64,000 nucleotides of DNA from Podarcis cretensis (Eukaryota), in NCBI GenBank assembly GCA_951804945.1, contig OX638154.1, forward strand, positions 71,982,001 through 72,046,000, given 5' to 3'. Below are positions 61,632-64,000 of this stretch, in pieces. The notes under the pieces are model-generated. The model was not told where the DNA came from, did not search any database, and was given only the letters and a program-made list of their open reading frames with translations. Both the position numbers and the translations under genes were made by a program. Positions within the stretch are counted from its first letter, which is position 1. Each line of letters starts with the position of its first letter.

Positions 61632-61774
61632 GGCAGATTGTTCAGTCAGATAGTTAAAAACGTGGTGCCGAGAACCCCAAAGTTTGATCCCCATAGTTGC
61701 AAATTTCTTCATTGCAGGGGGTTGGACTAGATGATCCTTAGGGTCCCTTTAAACTCTACAGATCTACAATTCTA
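61632..61774 (+). mobile_element. SINE: tRNA-Ile-like head + CR1-like tail
   Basis: gttaaaaacgtggtgccgagaaccccaaagtttgatcccc, then cattgcagggggttggactagatgatcc...ctacaattcta. Confidence 0.7.
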
Positions 61775-62059
61775 TCATCCACGGACTGCTATCTGGAGGC
61801 CTTATCTGGGAGTAAGTCCTGTTGGACCTAATGGAACTTCGTTCTTCTGAGCCGACATGTGGGACTCCAGCATCCTTAGGCTTGCCCTACATCAGGAAAA
61901 TTCCTGACATGTTCTGGTTTCTGGGTGTAAAAATGGCATCCATTTTGCCAATTTTTTGCTCCAAAAGCGTAAGGCTTCCCCAACAATTTGGGTTTATTCC
62001 CAGAAAAAGCTCAAGAAAAAGCTCAAGAATTTTACTTTTTGAAATATGGCAACCCTAAG

Positions 62060-62112
62060 CATCTTCTTCTTCATCATCATCATCATCATCATCTTCTTCG
62101 TTGTTGTTGTTT
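62060..62112. repeat. Compound (CTT)/(CAT)/(GTT) microsatellite
   Basis: direct reading. Confidence 0.85.
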
Positions 62113-63287
62113 TTATGTATATTCTGCCTTTCCCCCTGACAGGTAAAATAGATCCTATTCCTTCAACTGGGCAGGAAGTCCCATTCCACTTCTCAGGAAC
62201 TCTCCTAGTTAATAGCAGCAGAAGGAAGGAGCCTCCTATCAGATACTGTCTGTGTGGTAATGTAGACCCCACTTTTCACTATAGTGCCTTGAAGGGACTT
62301 ACCCTTCTCCTGGCCTTTGTCTATAACCCACACCTGCTAAGGCTACTTCATGTGTTACACAATTCCAGTCTGGGAAATAATGTAGAGATTAAAGGGGCAA
62401 TCCCCTTGTAAAGGTGTAACAGATGAGCTGTGGCCTTCAGGGAGACATATTCTGAACTCCTCACCGTAAGTGTACACTTGGGACTGTTCCTCATAAGTGG
62501 TAACCCTAACCTGGCTATGTAAGATATCTGAGATGTCCTTTGCAGCCTGAAAGAAGGAAGTGTTGCTAGCTACACAAAATTGTTTTGAGACAACGATCTC
62601 TCTGAGTAGTGCTCCCAGTATATTCTGAATAACCTGTCCTGGGCTGCAAGCCTAAACGCTCTTTCTAGTGAATAAGCCTCGTTGAAGATACTGGGACTTG
62701 TTTCTGAGCAAACAAGTATAGGGTTGTATTAATTTGCTGTAGCTTCTTCCAGATCTACTCTCAAAAATCCTAAAAACACATCCTACAACCATAAAAAACA
62801 ATTGTTTCTAGGCGAATCAAGGGGTGACTATATGTGTACATGTGTTTTTAATATTTGGATGCTTCCACCATGTATACACTCACACATCTATGCATACGAA
62901 TGTGCAGAGTACCTGGAGAAGCTTAGGATATGAAAGCAAACCCCTCCTTTCTTTTTCTGCTTTCTCATTATACCCAGGATGGTTCATAACATGTAGCACA
63001 AGATGGCAGCTGCTGTCTAGAATTTATAAGCCACCTCCTCTGCCATAGACACCCTTCTAGTCTCAGAAATTAAAAAAAGCTATACTGTTACTTGCCCAGG
63101 AAGGGCACTCTGCCTCTGTGCAAATGTATTTTCTTTTTTCCTATGTTACATTGTGGAGGCCTGGTGTTGACAACAGGTTTTAGAGCTGAATTCTCATTAA
63201 GCTTGTCTTGGATTAACCTCAGTTATCACATCTGTGTAGTAGGGCAGAGCAATCCAGTGGTCCAGCTATCGCCAGCATAACATTATA

Positions 63288-63527
63288 CAGTGGTACCTCG
63301 GTTACAAACTTAATTCATTTCGGAAGTCCATTCTTAAACCGAAACCATCCTTAAACCGAGGTGTGCTTTCCCTAATGAGGCCTCCTGCCACCGGTGCCCT
63401 TCCACTGTTCGGATTCTGTTCTTAGACCGAGGTAAAGTTCGCAAACCAGGACACTACTTCTGGTTTTGCGGAGTCCGTAAACCGAATCGTTTGTAAACAG
63501 GACTGTTCTTAACCCAAGGTACCACTG
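63288..63527. mobile_element. Tigger-like MITE, sister subfamily (same as the middle element at 42423-42744)
   Basis: cagtggtacct TIRs, TA duplication; shares cggaagt...cttaaaccgaaacc...cttaaaccgagg with 42675-42744. Confidence 0.9.
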
Positions 63528-64000
63528 TACATATATAATGGTAGTAAATTTTCAGGATCTGTTGAAACAGAGCACTAAGCACTTCAGTAGAAATCCTTAA
63601 ACTCTTCAGCAGATAGAAATTACAATGCAGTATAAGCAAACTACATTTTCCAAGTCATTTTACGCTAGAATGATCCCTTTGATGAGACTCTCAAGTAACA
63701 GACTTGACCCTAGAGTTTGGGTTGTTTACAATGCAATCCTCTTTTTTTTTTGGACAGCAACTGACAAATTTATGAGGCGTTGGTTTGGGTGGATCTGTGA
63801 AACAGTGACACTTTACTTGTTTGCTTCCTAACCCTGGTATATTTCCTAGGAAACATCTGCAATAATGATGTTACTAACCAATGGATGAAGCATTAAATCC
63901 AGGAAGGGTGTAGATTTCTTTAAACAAATGCAGTAGCTGTATTTTGAGATCCAGATGCATAAAAAAATATGAACCAGGTCCCAAACTCCATCTTTACCGC

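Overview
Vertebrate nuclear DNA from a squamate reptile, most likely a lacertid lizard (Sauria SINEs, BovB, Squam3-like SINEs). Two convergent genes are present. The first is the last three exons and AU-rich 3'UTR of CCN1/CYR61 (+, 219-~2020). The second is a complete 10-exon ZNHIT6/BCD1 gene (-, ATG at 60940 in a CpG island, stop at 20814; all introns GT-AG, phases consistent, 855-nt CDS = 284 aa), which I rebuilt by hand because the ORF track misses it. The rest is transposon-rich intergenic and intronic DNA: Sauria and tRNA SINEs, BovB/L2/CR1 LINE fragments, TA-targeting and hAT MITEs, and three solo LTRs. Leading observations: (1) all three solo LTRs carry a reading frame starting at LTR nucleotide 2 that encodes an acidic/Pro-rich region followed by an Arg-rich segment; it is intact in one copy, with an RRSA(H/R)L motif, and is a candidate LTR-encoded chromatin-tethering tail. 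(2) ZNHIT6 ends in an EEGEI motif matching the ARS2-recruitment motif. (3) Inverted MITE copies bracket in-frame exons 6-8, giving circRNA potential. (4) TEAD/CArG motif clusters may be CCN1 enhancers. Family names and orthologue comparisons come from recall, not from database searches.
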